DNA of 64,000 nucleotides from Candidatus Multivoradales bacterium (GCA_965248925.1 CBDFLE010000006.1:2464001-2528000); one strand, 5' to 3'; counted from the first letter of the stretch, positions 1-9,977 are shown. Notes: a model not told the origin generated them from the sequence alone. Numbers and translations are program-made.

Positions 1-1
1 T

Positions 2-187
2 CCCGCCGGAGACCCGCGCCGAGAAACCGATCTCTACCTCGCCCTGATGGTGATCGATGTCCTCGACATCCTTTGCGCGAGTGGCGAACGAAGTTATTTC
101 CCGCAAGTGATCGAAGACGTTCGCCAGAGAATCGACCGCGCTGCCGCCAACTTTGTGCAGCGCCCCAAGGAACGGTCTGACCCCTAG
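2..187 (+). CDS. 3' end of a hypothetical protein (partial, runs off window)
   Basis: Frame 2 is open to TAG at 185-187 with GC3-rich codons (..LYLALMVIDVLDILCASGERSYFPQVIEDVRQRIDRAAANF..). Confidence 0.4.
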   Translation, partial: PAGDPRRETDLYLALMVIDVLDILCASGERSYFPQVIEDVRQRIDRAAANFVQRPKERSDP

Positions 188-229
188 CCCACCGGTGCCC
201 GGCCGAACCGCGCCCGGCGCCGCGTCACC

Positions 230-703
230 ATGACCCGAGCGGAATCTCAACGAGGTCGCCACCACCGCGAAGCAGCACGAATCCTGCGCCGCCTGAAGCT
301 GCTCATCCACCTCTCCAAGCCTACCCAGCGGGAGGTCGAAGAGCGGGCGGGAATGTCCCGTGGTTATTTGTCGCAGATCCTCGGTGGCAACGTCGAACTG
401 AAACTTCGGCATCTTTTCTCAGTCCTCGAAGCCCTGGCCATCGAGCCGCGAGAGTTCTTCTCCCAGGTCTATCCCGGTCAGCGTTTCGACGCCTTCCAAG
501 CTATTGAAAAGCTGTGGGTTCGGGGCTCGCGACCCAGCGACCGACAGCTGCGGCTCGAGCTCGCCCGCCTCTACGGCTTCGGCATCGAGACGGTTCTTGA
601 ACTGCGCTACCGACTGGAGACCTGCGAAGCCGCTCTGCGGGAACTCGAACAACTCGGTATCCTGCCTCCCAACCCTGACGACCGAGGCTTGGGCGACGGC
701 TGA
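230..703 (+). CDS. XRE-family helix-turn-helix transcriptional regulator
   Basis: TQREVEERAGMSRGYLSQILGG..LKLRHLFSVLEAL HTH pattern. Confidence 0.75.
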   Translation: MTRAESQRGRHHREAARILRRLKLLIHLSKPTQREVEERAGMSRGYLSQILGGNVELKLRHLFSVLEALAIEPREFFSQVYPGQRFDAFQAIEKLWVRGSRPSDRQLRLELARLYGFGIETVLELRYRLETCEAALRELEQLGILPPNPDDRGLGDG

Positions 704-793
704 ACTGGACGGGCCCCTTAGACGACTCCCGCCGCTTGGCCGTTTGCCTCAAATAGAGCCCGGTGGTCAGCACCACCGGGTGAACAACACCAC

Positions 794-1573
794 ATGGTTA
801 ACAGCACCGCCGGAGATCGAATGGGCAGCACAGAGCAGATGATCCACACTGCCGGTCTAGGCAAGACCTTTGGCAGTACCACCGCGGTCGAGCACCTGGA
901 CCTGGAGGTGGCGGCGGGAGAGATTTTCTGTTTTCTCGGCCCCAACGGTGCCGGCAAGACCACCACTATCAAGATGCTTACTGGCTTGGTCAGGCCGAGC
1001 CGCGGATACGTCCGGATCGGTGGCTTCGACGTCGTCAAGCAGCCCCTCGAAGCCAAACGGGTGGTGGGCTACGTGCCGGACACGCCAATGCTCTACGACA
1101 AGCTCACCGGCCGTGAGCTGATGCGCTTCGTCGCCGGCCTACACCGCTTGCCTGAAGACCGCTTCCAAGCCCGCTGCGAGCCGCTGCTCGATGCTTTCGA
1201 GGTACTCGAAGTCGCTGACCGCTTGATCGAAGGCTACAGCCACGGCATGCGGCAGAAGCTGTCCTTTGCCATCTGCTTCTTGAACGACCCGCGGCTGGTG
1301 GTGGTGGACGAGCCCTGGGTGGGCTTGGACCCCAAGAACATCCGCCGGATCAAAGACGATCTGCGAACGCGCTGTCGCGCCGGCCTGACCGTCTTCATGT
1401 CGACCCACACCTTGTCGATCGCCGAAGAAATGGCCGACCGGGTGGGGATTATCCATCGCGGTCGCCTGCTGCACACCGGCACAGTGGCCGAGATCAAGGC
1501 CCTGGCAAGTTCGCCAGGATCGTTGGAAGATGTCTTTCTGCAACTCACCAGCGACCTTGGAGAGAGCGCTTGA
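794..1573 (+). CDS. ABC transporter ATP-binding protein
   Basis: Walker A GPNGAGKTT, signature YSHGMRQK, Walker B VVVDEP, H-loop STH. Confidence 0.95.
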   Translation: MVNSTAGDRMGSTEQMIHTAGLGKTFGSTTAVEHLDLEVAAGEIFCFLGPNGAGKTTTIKMLTGLVRPSRGYVRIGGFDVVKQPLEAKRVVGYVPDTPMLYDKLTGRELMRFVAGLHRLPEDRFQARCEPLLDAFEVLEVADRLIEGYSHGMRQKLSFAICFLNDPRLVVVDEPWVGLDPKNIRRIKDDLRTRCRAGLTVFMSTHTLSIAEEMADRVGIIHRGRLLHTGTVAEIKALASSPGSLEDVFLQLTSDLGESA

Positions 1574-3255
1574 GTATGGGCCAGCTGCGACACATCTGGT
1601 GGGCCCAGCGACGCATGTCGTGGCATCGCCTGGTAGCTATCAGCCAACAGTCGAAGCTCAAGGTAGCTTTCGTCTCGATCTCGGCAACCCTGTTGTGGGT
1701 AGGTTTCTTTTTCGCCGCTATCCTTGTGCTGCGATTGATCGAGATTTTGGGCAACACGGCGAGCGGTCAGGGAGCCGGCATGGTGCAGCTTCTGATGGGT
1801 CGTCTACTGGCGGCCATGGCCATGGCCCTGTCGCTGATGTTGGTGATCTCGAATTTGCTGATCTCCTTTTCCTCTCTCTACCGGGCCAAGGATCTGGGGT
1901 TCTATCTGCAACGCCCGGTCTCCCTGCGAGTGTTTTTCTTGGCGCGCTTCGCTGAGAACGTCTGGATGAGTTCGTGGGCCACCGCCTATCTGGCCTCGCC
2001 GTTGGTGCTGGCCTATGGTTGGAGCAGCCGAACACCGCTGCTGTTTTATCTGGCGGCGCTGGTCTTCTACGGCGCCTTCGTCACCCTGCCAGCGGCCCTG
2101 GGCGCTCTGCTGGTGATTCTGGCGGCACCCCTGGCACGCTACTTCCGCTGGCTCGCCTGGCCGGCCTTCGCGGTCTTCGCGGTGGCCATTTTCAGGCTCT
2201 TTCGCCGCGGCCTCACAGTGCCCGATCTGACCTCGGGAACCAATCTCCAGGCCGCGGTGGAGAAAGTCGGCTTCAGCCAATCGCCCTTGCTGCCCAGCCA
2301 CTGGCTCAGCGTCGGCATTCAACAAGCTGCCAGCGGCGATTTCGCGGCGGCGGGCCTGCGTCTGCTGCTGTTGTTGACCACTGCCGCGGTGCTACTCGGG
2401 CTCGCCACCGTCGCGATGCAGCTGTGTTATGACCGTGGCCGCGCCGCCATCGAGGAAGCCGTGGACGGCCGGAAGCGCCGTTCCGGCGGCTTGCTGGATA
2501 AGCTCACCGTACCCCTCCAGGTGCTACCGCAGCCATGGCGAGCCTTGGTGGTCAAGGACATCAAGCAGTTCTGGCGCGACCCGGCCCAGTGGTCACAGTT
2601 CGTGATCTTCTTCGGCCTGCTGGCCTTCTACCTCGCCAGCTCCGGGCAGGCACTTGCCGATCCCCTGTGGCGCTCTTGGCGAGCTGTGCTCAACTCGACG
2701 GCGGGGCTGTTGATCCTGGCCACCCTGACCACCCGCTTTATTTTTCCGCTGGTCAGTCTCGAAGGGAGGCGTTTCTGGATCCTCGGCCTTTCCCCGGTCA
2801 CCCGGCGCCAGTTGGTGTTGCAGAAGATGGGCACTAGCGTCGGCCTGACGGGCATCTTCACCCTCGGCCTGGCGGCTCTTTCGGCCCACCGCCTGGATCT
2901 CGAAGCGCCAGCCTTGGTGCTGACCCTAGGCTGTTCGGCGGTCGGCACCCTGGCCTTGTCGGGGCTGGCGGTGGGCCTGGGTAGCCTTTACGTCAACCTC
3001 GATGAAGACAGTCCGGCGCGCATTGTCTCGGGGCTTGGCGGCACCCTGACCTTCCTGCTCAGCGTGGCCTACATCGCTCTCCTCTGCGCCGGCCTGGGAC
3101 TGCTGTTGCATTGGCCGCGGCTGAGTGCCCCGAGCGAGCTGGGGCCGGGGTGGATTCCCTGGCTGGTCGGCGTCGCCATGCTGGCTCTGAGTGGCCTGGC
3201 TTGCGGGCTGCCCTTGTGGCTGGGTAGCCGCCATCTCGCGCAGCTTGAGTTCTGA
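1570..3255 (+). CDS. Putative ABC transporter permease (ABC-2-associated, multi-TM)
   Basis: Many hydrophobic segments, KDIKQFWRDP motif, overlaps the ATPase stop. Confidence 0.8.
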   Translation: MSMGQLRHIWWAQRRMSWHRLVAISQQSKLKVAFVSISATLLWVGFFFAAILVLRLIEILGNTASGQGAGMVQLLMGRLLAAMAMALSLMLVISNLLISFSSLYRAKDLGFYLQRPVSLRVFFLARFAENVWMSSWATAYLASPLVLAYGWSSRTPLLFYLAALVFYGAFVTLPAALGALLVILAAPLARYFRWLAWPAFAVFAVAIFRLFRRGLTVPDLTSGTNLQAAVEKVGFSQSPLLPSHWLSVGIQQAASGDFAAAGLRLLLLLTTAAVLLGLATVAMQLCYDRGRAAIEEAVDGRKRRSGGLLDKLTVPLQVLPQPWRALVVKDIKQFWRDPAQWSQFVIFFGLLAFYLASSGQALADPLWRSWRAVLNSTAGLLILATLTTRFIFPLVSLEGRRFWILGLSPVTRRQLVLQKMGTSVGLTGIFTLGLAALSAHRLDLEAPALVLTLGCSAVGTLALSGLAVGLGSLYVNLDEDSPARIVSGLGGTLTFLLSVAYIALLCAGLGLLLHWPRLSAPSELGPGWIPWLVGVAMLALSGLACGLPLWLGSRHLAQLEF

Positions 3256-3310
3256 GTCGGCGACCCGCGGCTGCAATCAACCCCGGGGATGAGATAGTCT
3301 GCGCCCGCCG

Positions 3311-3883
3311 ATGCGAAAGAACACCTCTGTACTCGACCTCCTGCTAGAACTTCAGGCCCTCGACCGAGTGCCCAGGAGCGGCTACTCGCTGCGTGGCATC
3401 GCGGTGCCCGAGAGCGTTGCCGAGCACTCCTTCCACCTCGCCATGCTGGTCTGGGCATTGTCCCCTGAGGTGCCGGAAGTCGACCGCGAGCGCGCCGTTG
3501 AGCTGGCCCTGGTGCACGACTTGGCCGAGGTCAGGACCGGCGATTTTCCGCGCTCGGCTAGTGGCTACTTTCCCCCCGGCGCCAAGCGCGCCACCGAAGC
3601 CGCCGTCGCCCGCGACCTGCTCCACCCCTTGGGGGACCGGGCGCTGGAGCTATTTGCCGAATATCAAGCCAAGAGCACCACCGAGGCGCGATTCGTCGGC
3701 GCTTGCGACCGCCTACAGCTGCTGATCAAGACCCGTACCTATGAGAGTTCGGGCGCCACGGGGCTGGATGAGTTCTGGCACAAGGACTTCCCGGACGGGG
3801 GTTTCGAACCGATTAGGCAAATGCTCGACGAACTCCAACGCCGCCACGCCGCACAGCCTGGGTCCAAGCCCGGTCGAAAGTAG
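3311..3883 (+). CDS. HD-domain hydrolase (YfbR/HDDC2-like 5'-deoxynucleotidase)
   Basis: RSGY..ESVAEHS, VHDLAE..GD, DRL motifs. Confidence 0.85.
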   Translation: MRKNTSVLDLLLELQALDRVPRSGYSLRGIAVPESVAEHSFHLAMLVWALSPEVPEVDRERAVELALVHDLAEVRTGDFPRSASGYFPPGAKRATEAAVARDLLHPLGDRALELFAEYQAKSTTEARFVGACDRLQLLIKTRTYESSGATGLDEFWHKDFPDGGFEPIRQMLDELQRRHAAQPGSKPGRK

Positions 3884-3889
3884 GCAGCC

Positions 3890-4429
3890 TCAGTCGGCCA
3901 CGACAGATCCACCAGCCCGGTCGAGATCGATGCCTCGCTTGGCCAGCATCGCCCGCAAACGATCATAGACATTGTCACCGACCAGTGAGTGGGCACTGCC
4001 CAGAACATCACCCATCACCGTACGCAGCCGGCGAGTACCACTCCAGTGCTTCTCGGCAAAGGGCTCCATGTCGCGGCCGAGAACTTCGGTCAGCACCGCC
4101 ACGCTGAGCAGTAGATCGTCGAGAAACCCCATCGGGCCGAGCACCAACTCGGGCATCAGATCCAGCGGCATGATGAAGTAGGCCAAGGCACCCCCCACCA
4201 ACATGCGGGTCGAGCGCGGCACTTCTTTGTCGAGCGACAGTCGGACCAGGAGGATAAACACATCGGGCGCCAGCAGCAGCGCTTGTGCCGCTCCCGGACC
4301 CAGCTTACCGCCGCGCTTCTCCACCGTGTTTGCCACCCGTTCGCGCAGCCGGTCATAGAAGCTCAGCAAGCCAGCGGACGGCAGCTGATCGTCTTCGGCA
4401 TCGACAAAGGGCGTCGGTTCATTGCTCAT
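3890..4429 (-). CDS. DUF1232 (YkvA) domain protein
   Basis: ALAYFIMPLDLMPE..GPMGFLDD signature. Confidence 0.85.
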   Translation of the reverse strand: MSNEPTPFVDAEDDQLPSAGLLSFYDRLRERVANTVEKRGGKLGPGAAQALLLAPDVFILLVRLSLDKEVPRSTRMLVGGALAYFIMPLDLMPELVLGPMGFLDDLLLSVAVLTEVLGRDMEPFAEKHWSGTRRLRTVMGDVLGSAHSLVGDNVYDRLRAMLAKRGIDLDRAGGSVVAD

Positions 4430-4442
4430 GGTGCTCTCCCGG

Positions 4443-5426
4443 TCAAATCAGGTAGGCGACGGCAAAACCGATTTGGGCAAACATCATCATCAAATACATG
4501 TGTACCCAAGACGGATGATTCTCGGTCTCGGTCAGCGAATCGGGATCCCGCACTAGTAGGTAGACGGTGTAGGCACCCCAGATCGTCAACAGAACTCCGA
4601 GCCAGATCAGCAGAGTGCTATTGCCAGTGAGGATCGGATGGGCCGGGTTCTGCGGATCCGGCAAGCGCGCCCCCAGCGGTAAGAGCAGCCAGGGCAGGAC
4701 GAAAAAAGGAGCGATCATCCAGGCTGCTTTCTTTGGCCCGTAGACGATCGGCAGCGTCTTGCAGCCACCGGCCAGGTCCCCCTCGATGTCGGCGAAGTCC
4801 TTGGTCGAAGAAGCACCGATGATGAACAAGGTGAAGATCAAGCCGATAAACCAGGGCTCGGCGTGCCAGACATGGGCCACCATCGCCCAACCCGCCGACT
4901 TGAGCAAGAAACCCCGCGGAATCGCCATTGTCAAACTAGCCAGCACCCCTCGCGCCTTGGTGCGACCCAGCGCCGGCGCCGAGTAGGCGAAGGTGAAGAG
5001 CATGCCGGCCAGGTAGATGAAGAAGGTCTCGTGAAATTGCAGCGGCGCCAGCCACTTCTCGCCCCAGCCGGTGAAGGGATAGACCACCACGCCCCAGGTA
5101 GGCACCAGGGCAAGAGCATAGAACACCCAGGTGAAGATCCACGCCTGACGCAGCGACAGCGCGCCGGTGACCAGCGGTCGATCGGGCTTGTTCAGCCGAT
5201 CGATTTCGAGGTCGTAGATCTGGTTGATCGCGTTCGAAGCCGCGTTCATGAAGCTGGCGCAGAGGGAACCCAGAACGACGGTGAAGATCACCGAAGCGGT
5301 CAGCGCCCGGCTCGGATCGGGATTGTGGATCGAGCCAAAGGCGCAGATCGCTCCCGAGAGGATGCCAAAGAGGGGCGGCAGCAGGGTAAAAGGTCGCGCC
5401 AGTTTGAGGTAGGAAGACAAGCTCAT
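4443..5426 (-). CDS. UbiA-family prenyltransferase (DGGGP-synthase/chlorophyll-synthase-like)
   Basis: LARP N-terminus, NQIYDLEIDRLNKPDRP and KDFADIEGD aspartate-rich motifs, multi-TM. Confidence 0.9.
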   Translation of the reverse strand: MSLSSYLKLARPFTLLPPLFGILSGAICAFGSIHNPDPSRALTASVIFTVVLGSLCASFMNAASNAINQIYDLEIDRLNKPDRPLVTGALSLRQAWIFTWVFYALALVPTWGVVVYPFTGWGEKWLAPLQFHETFFIYLAGMLFTFAYSAPALGRTKARGVLASLTMAIPRGFLLKSAGWAMVAHVWHAEPWFIGLIFTLFIIGASSTKDFADIEGDLAGGCKTLPIVYGPKKAAWMIAPFFVLPWLLLPLGARLPDPQNPAHPILTGNSTLLIWLGVLLTIWGAYTVYLLVRDPDSLTETENHPSWVHMYLMMMFAQIGFAVAYLI

Positions 5427-6781
5427 CGGCTCAGCACCATCGCCAGCAGCGCCGCGACCAACGCTCCGACCAGCGTGTTGAAAAAGTTAATCGCTTCGTT
5501 ATCGAGCAAGCCATGCTCTTCGAGGGTCGCCCCGGCGAGACTCTCGACCACCGTGCCTACAAAGCCGGCGACGGTGACGATCAGCACCCCCGCGAGGCCA
5601 TAGAAACCCACCGCCGAACCCAGTAGTGCAAGCAGCAAGGTAGCCCCCAGGCCGGCCACGGTTCCTTCCAAGGAAACCGCCCCCTCAGTGCCCCGGGGCA
5701 CTGGCTTCAAAGTGGTCAGCAAGAAGGTGCGCCGGCCCCACAGCTGCCCCAGCTCAGAGCTCACCGTGTCACCCGCGGCGGTGGCGAAAGCAGCGGCAAA
5801 GGCCAGCAAGTAGATCTCTTGCTGGCCGGTGGTCGCCGCGAAAACCGCTGCCACCGCGGCGACACCCGCATTGGCCACCGCGTGCTTCGCGCTGCGCCGG
5901 CCGCCCCCCTCCTGGGCCAGCTTGGCCGCCGCCTTCTTGGCATAGCCGATCTTGGTGGTACCGGTGCCGAGGACAAAGAAAGCGACCAGCAGGAGAAAGC
6001 CGCGCCAATCCAGAAAAGCATAAATCGCGGTGCCGAGCACAAAGCCCATCACCGCCCCCGACAAATCCACCGAGCGGGCGGCGTAGGCGGCACCGGCCAA
6101 GAGCAAATTGACCCCGGCGCCGATCGCCGCGATCTCGATCAAACCATCGGCCAGTCCAGCGCACCAGTACGCCTCACCGGAAAGCACGCCGAGCAAGACC
6201 AAGCCAGCCAAGAAAGGCACCGAGACGTTGTCGTCGATACCCTGCGGCTGCGATTCGATGAAGGCGGCGAAAAGGGCGGTCACTAAACACGCCAAGGCGG
6301 CAAAACCCAGCTCGATCTCGCCGCCGCCGGCTTGCCGGGCAACCGTCCAGCAGAGCAAAGTCGTAGCACCGAGGGTGCCAAAAATCACGTAGGCCAAGCT
6401 TCCCGACCAGGTCTTGCGCGGGTTCCACGGCAAGCGCGGCCCGCCCACCGTCATCCCCACCAGCGAGGCCATGCCGTCGCCAAAAGCGAGAATTCCCCAA
6501 ATCGCCGCGGCGATTTCTAGCCGCCGCCAGAAAACCAAGATCAGCAGCAGCACCGCCAGCGGATAGAGCACGATGCCGAGCGAGCGACCGCTAGCGGTCT
6601 CATGTTCGCGCCACATCTTCTTGCCGCCGATCCTGGGTAGGACGAAGACGTTGCTCAGCACCGCCGCCAGGGCGCACAGCGCGCCACCCAGCGGCCCAAG
6701 ATAGGCCAGGAGAAAGGCCAGCAAGCCAACCGCCATATGCACCAGCTTGCGCAGCAACTCACCTGGGGAAAGAGCACTCAT
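5423..6781 (-). CDS. Fusion: phytol/dolichol-kinase-like CTP-dependent kinase + DUF92 (VTE6-like prenyl-phosphate kinase)
   Basis: N-half RKLVH, GDGMASLVG..LPWNPRKTWSGS, DDN; C-half DUF92 GGGRRSAKHAVANAG, GDTVSSELG, GTEGAVSLEGT; ATG at 6781 overlaps upstream stop. Confidence 0.85.
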   Translation of the reverse strand: MSALSPGELLRKLVHMAVGLLAFLLAYLGPLGGALCALAAVLSNVFVLPRIGGKKMWREHETASGRSLGIVLYPLAVLLLILVFWRRLEIAAAIWGILAFGDGMASLVGMTVGGPRLPWNPRKTWSGSLAYVIFGTLGATTLLCWTVARQAGGGEIELGFAALACLVTALFAAFIESQPQGIDDNVSVPFLAGLVLLGVLSGEAYWCAGLADGLIEIAAIGAGVNLLLAGAAYAARSVDLSGAVMGFVLGTAIYAFLDWRGFLLLVAFFVLGTGTTKIGYAKKAAAKLAQEGGGRRSAKHAVANAGVAAVAAVFAATTGQQEIYLLAFAAAFATAAGDTVSSELGQLWGRRTFLLTTLKPVPRGTEGAVSLEGTVAGLGATLLLALLGSAVGFYGLAGVLIVTVAGFVGTVVESLAGATLEEHGLLDNEAINFFNTLVGALVAALLAMVLSR

Positions 6782-7782
6782 CCGCTCCAAGCTCCGGTTT
6801 CCTTGAGCCAAGCGATGGTCTCCCCCAGGCCTTGCTCCAAAGTTCGCGGATCGTAGCCCAGGTCGTTCTGCGCCTTATACGACGACAGAGCCCAATCGTG
6901 GCGGTAGATCTCGATCAAGTCGGGAGTCAGCTTGGGAGTACCGCCGAACACTCGGGCCCAGGTTTTCATCAAGGCGCCGGATAAGGTCGCGACGCTGTCA
7001 GGAAACCGCAGCCCCGGCGGTTTGACCCCGGTCAGCCGATGGACCAGGGCGTAGAAATCGCCCTGCGAGATATTCTCGCCCCCCAGCACATAGCGCTCCC
7101 CGGCAGCCGCTTGCTCGAGCACCAGAACCACACCCTGCGCCACGTCGTCGACAAACGAGTAGTTCCAGCGCCGCGCCGGCTTGCCGACCAGGCCCGGCAG
7201 TTTGCGCCCCACCAAGTCGAGCAGGTGGCGGACCACGATATTGCCTTCAGTGAGTTCGCCAGGCCCGTAGATCACTCCCGGATAGACCACGTTCATCGGC
7301 ACCCCCTCGGCGATGGCCATGCGGGCGTGGCGATCTGACAGGGTCTTGGTGCGTTCGTAAGAGTTGATCCAAGGCCGGTCGTCCGGTGGCGCCGACTCAT
7401 CCAGCATGCCGCCGGGACCGTTCTCCGTCGGCCCCAACGCCATGAAGCTCGAAACATAGACCAGCTTAGCGACGCCCGCCTCCACCACCGCCTTGATGAC
7501 TTTCGCCGTACCGCCCACATTGATCCGATCAAAGTCGCCATCCGGCGCCATGATCTTGACCAAGGCAGCGGCATGAATCACCGCCTCACAGCCCTCGACC
7601 GCACGCCGCAGACTCTCCAGATCGGTGACATCTCCATCGGCGAACTCCACCCCCTCCGGAAGGCGCGAGCGATCAGAGGTCGGCCGCACCAGCAGCCTGA
7701 GCGAGTGGCCCTTCTGGTGCAATAGCGCGACCGTCTTACGGCCCAGAAACCCGGTGCCACCGGTGATCAGGATCTTCATCAT
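6778..7782 (-). CDS. NAD-dependent epimerase/dehydratase-family SDR (farnesol dehydrogenase/HpnA-like)
   Basis: TGGTGFLG Rossmann motif, YERTK (YxxxK), YPGVIYGPG, GERYVLGGEN. Confidence 0.85.
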   Translation of the reverse strand: MMKILITGGTGFLGRKTVALLHQKGHSLRLLVRPTSDRSRLPEGVEFADGDVTDLESLRRAVEGCEAVIHAAALVKIMAPDGDFDRINVGGTAKVIKAVVEAGVAKLVYVSSFMALGPTENGPGGMLDESAPPDDRPWINSYERTKTLSDRHARMAIAEGVPMNVVYPGVIYGPGELTEGNIVVRHLLDLVGRKLPGLVGKPARRWNYSFVDDVAQGVVLVLEQAAAGERYVLGGENISQGDFYALVHRLTGVKPPGLRFPDSVATLSGALMKTWARVFGGTPKLTPDLIEIYRHDWALSSYKAQNDLGYDPRTLEQGLGETIAWLKETGAWSG

Positions 7783-7976
7783 GGGGTCCTTAATTGCAAA
7801 GCGGGCAAAGCTGGAGAGACCGGCGATCAAGGGCCGCGTCGAGCCGCCTCAAAGGCAGTGAAACCACGTCATCCCAAGCCCTGTCACGAGCACCTACCCT
7901 ACCAGCAGGCGCCGTTTCGAGCGAGTCTCCATCCCCTTGCTGAGCAAGGAAGTGGGTGATGTTCACTGGCTTGGAC

Positions 7977-8294
7977 TCAGCGATCTGAGCCAAAGGGGCG
8001 CGACCGCTTTGGTGAGCGTTTCTGGCGCCCCTTGCGGTAGACGTCTTTGCGGTCAGCGATCCGAACCACGATCACCAGCAACCGATTGTCTTCGACGAAG
8101 TAGACGATCCGATAGGGTCCCTGGCGGATCCGGTACAACTTCGCTGCGCCCGAGAGCTTGACGCAACCGCGCGGCCGAGGCTCCTCTGCAAGCGCCAAGA
8201 TTCGGTCGACCAGCGTCCGGCGATCCTTCTTCCGAGTTACGCCATCAAGTTCCTTGGCCGCCGCCGCGGCGATACGGATTTCATATACGGCCAC
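7977..8294 (-). CDS. RelE/ParE-family toxin
   Basis: YEIRIAAAAAKEL..LAEEPRPRGCVKLSG..YRIRQGPYRIVY..IADRKDVY. Confidence 0.9.
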   Translation of the reverse strand: MAVYEIRIAAAAAKELDGVTRKKDRRTLVDRILALAEEPRPRGCVKLSGAAKLYRIRQGPYRIVYFVEDNRLLVIVVRIADRKDVYRKGRQKRSPKRSRPFGSDR

Positions 8295-8511
8295 GACGCC
8301 TCAGATCCCGGACGACTCCTTCAAAGCTAAGCTGTGGCCCATCGCGCCTCTCCCGGAAAGCCTCAAGATCTTCCGCGTCCTCGCCGAGGGAGAGTTCCAC
8401 CGCTTCGTTGACAAGCTCCGAGACCGACCGCTCGGTTGAGGCCGCCTTGAGCCGCAGAGCGCGGTGGAGTTCCGGGTCAAAGTAAACAGTGGCGCGCTTT
8501 GATGCTTGCAT
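8281..8511 (-). CDS. Ribbon-helix-helix antitoxin (cognate of the RelE toxin)
   Basis: KRATVYFDPELHRALRLKAA..SVSELVNEAV; overlaps the toxin start. Confidence 0.85.
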   Translation of the reverse strand: MQASKRATVYFDPELHRALRLKAASTERSVSELVNEAVELSLGEDAEDLEAFRERRDGPQLSFEGVVRDLRRRGRI

Positions 8512-8615
8512 GGACCAAGGCTAGCCCCAAGTCGTTAAAACGTCAAGACGTCACTCCCTTTGGACTACCTGCCCGCAGCTTGACCCCAGTCGTTCTAGCC
8601 TTCCATACTCGATCC

Positions 8616-9278
8616 ATGACGGACTCCGCCTGGGAACAGCCAGAAGCGGTCGCGAAGTTTGCCGGTCGCGATCCTGACCACCGCCTGCTCGAGCTGATCG
8701 AGGACTACGAGGACCCCAGCACCGTGCGGGTGCTGGACCTGGGATGCGCCGGTGGGCGCAACAGCGAGTTGCTGGCGCGTTGTGGTTTCGATCTAACGGC
8801 ACTCGATGCATCACGAGCCATGGTGGCCCACAGCCGAGAGAGGCTGGCGCCAGTCCTCGACGATGAACAGGCGCAGCGTCGGGTGCGCCATGGACGGATG
8901 GACGACCTGGGCGAGTTGGCGGATGGTTCGTTCGATCTGGTGGTCGCCCTGGGAGTCTATCACTGTGCTGAGAGCCGTGCCGAGTGGCAGTCTGCGCTCA
9001 GCGAAACCGCTCGGGTGCTGCGCAACGACGGCCATCTGCTTCTGGCGTTGTTCACTCCCGAAACCGATTTGACCGGCGATGGGATCCGCCCTGTGCCGGG
9101 GCAACCCGACGTCTATGAGGGGTTTCCTTCGGGACGATCGGTGTTGGTCGATCAGCAAGCCCTTGATGCTGAGATGGCGCGTCTCGGGCTGAAACCAGCA
9201 GTGCCCAGCCGCACGGTGCGAGTCGAGATGGATTCCGGACGCCGGGTGACGGTCAACGCCCTTTATCGTCGAGCGTAG
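8616..9278 (+). CDS. Class I SAM-dependent methyltransferase
   Basis: VLDLGCAGGRN motif I, SFDLVV, RVLRNDG. Confidence 0.85.
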   Translation: MTDSAWEQPEAVAKFAGRDPDHRLLELIEDYEDPSTVRVLDLGCAGGRNSELLARCGFDLTALDASRAMVAHSRERLAPVLDDEQAQRRVRHGRMDDLGELADGSFDLVVALGVYHCAESRAEWQSALSETARVLRNDGHLLLALFTPETDLTGDGIRPVPGQPDVYEGFPSGRSVLVDQQALDAEMARLGLKPAVPSRTVRVEMDSGRRVTVNALYRRA

Positions 9279-9405
9279 AGCCAGGGACGAGAAGCCGACC
9301 GAACCACCCTGCGCTTCCACGAGGGTTTGAAAGCCCTCGCTATGGTGTGACGTCCCTGTTGGGGTGAAGAGTAATATGCCTGTTTTCAGTCGTTTGTGTG
9401 AAGAC

Positions 9406-9639
9406 TTACGCTATTCGCTGGAGTTTGCGAACGGTAATCAGGTCGGTGTCGTCTACAGGTCGTACATCGCCCGGTTTCAGGGTCACCAATGCGCCGGTTC
9501 GGCCCGAGGCAGTAACAAATTCGACCTCTATACCGTCCGGCTCATAGGTTTCCACCACGGCGCCCAGATCACCCGCGCAGAGACCCTTGGAGGGTAAGTC
9601 GCGAGCCAGAACAACAGTGTCGAAGGACTTGTGGTCCAT
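9406..9639 (-). CDS. DUF4926 domain protein
   Basis: FDTVVLARDLP..GLCAGDLGAVVE..IEVEFVTASGRT. Confidence 0.8.
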   Translation of the reverse strand: MDHKSFDTVVLARDLPSKGLCAGDLGAVVETYEPDGIEVEFVTASGRTGALVTLKPGDVRPVDDTDLITVRKLQRIA

Positions 9640-9641
9640 GA

Positions 9642-9977
9642 TCAATTCTCCGGATACACGGTAACGAAGCGGGGAATCCCCTCGCCCACCAGTACGATCC
9701 ACACGGTCACAACTTCGGCAGTCCGCCCCATCTTACCGACCATCCTACCGCGAACTACGTACTTTTGCCCATAGGCGCTGCGGTCGCCGACTTCCGCACT
9801 GCCTTGGACAGCGATCCTCTTGAGTTCGGCCGCGAATTCCTGCGAGGTCTCGCGACTGAACCCGAGCTTCGCAAAGAAGAGGGCTTTGAACCGGCCGACG
9901 GGATGTTCAAGCGAGAGTATGTAGTCACGGATCTTCTGCGGTGCAATGGTGACGTGCTCAGCTTGTGGGAGCTTCAT
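9642..9977 (-). CDS. DUF6883 domain protein
   Basis: KIRDYILSLEHPVGRFKALFF..GF, YGQKY, VTVWIV..PRFVTVYP. Confidence 0.8.
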   Translation of the reverse strand: MKLPQAEHVTIAPQKIRDYILSLEHPVGRFKALFFAKLGFSRETSQEFAAELKRIAVQGSAEVGDRSAYGQKYVVRGRMVGKMGRTAEVVTVWIVLVGEGIPRFVTVYPEN

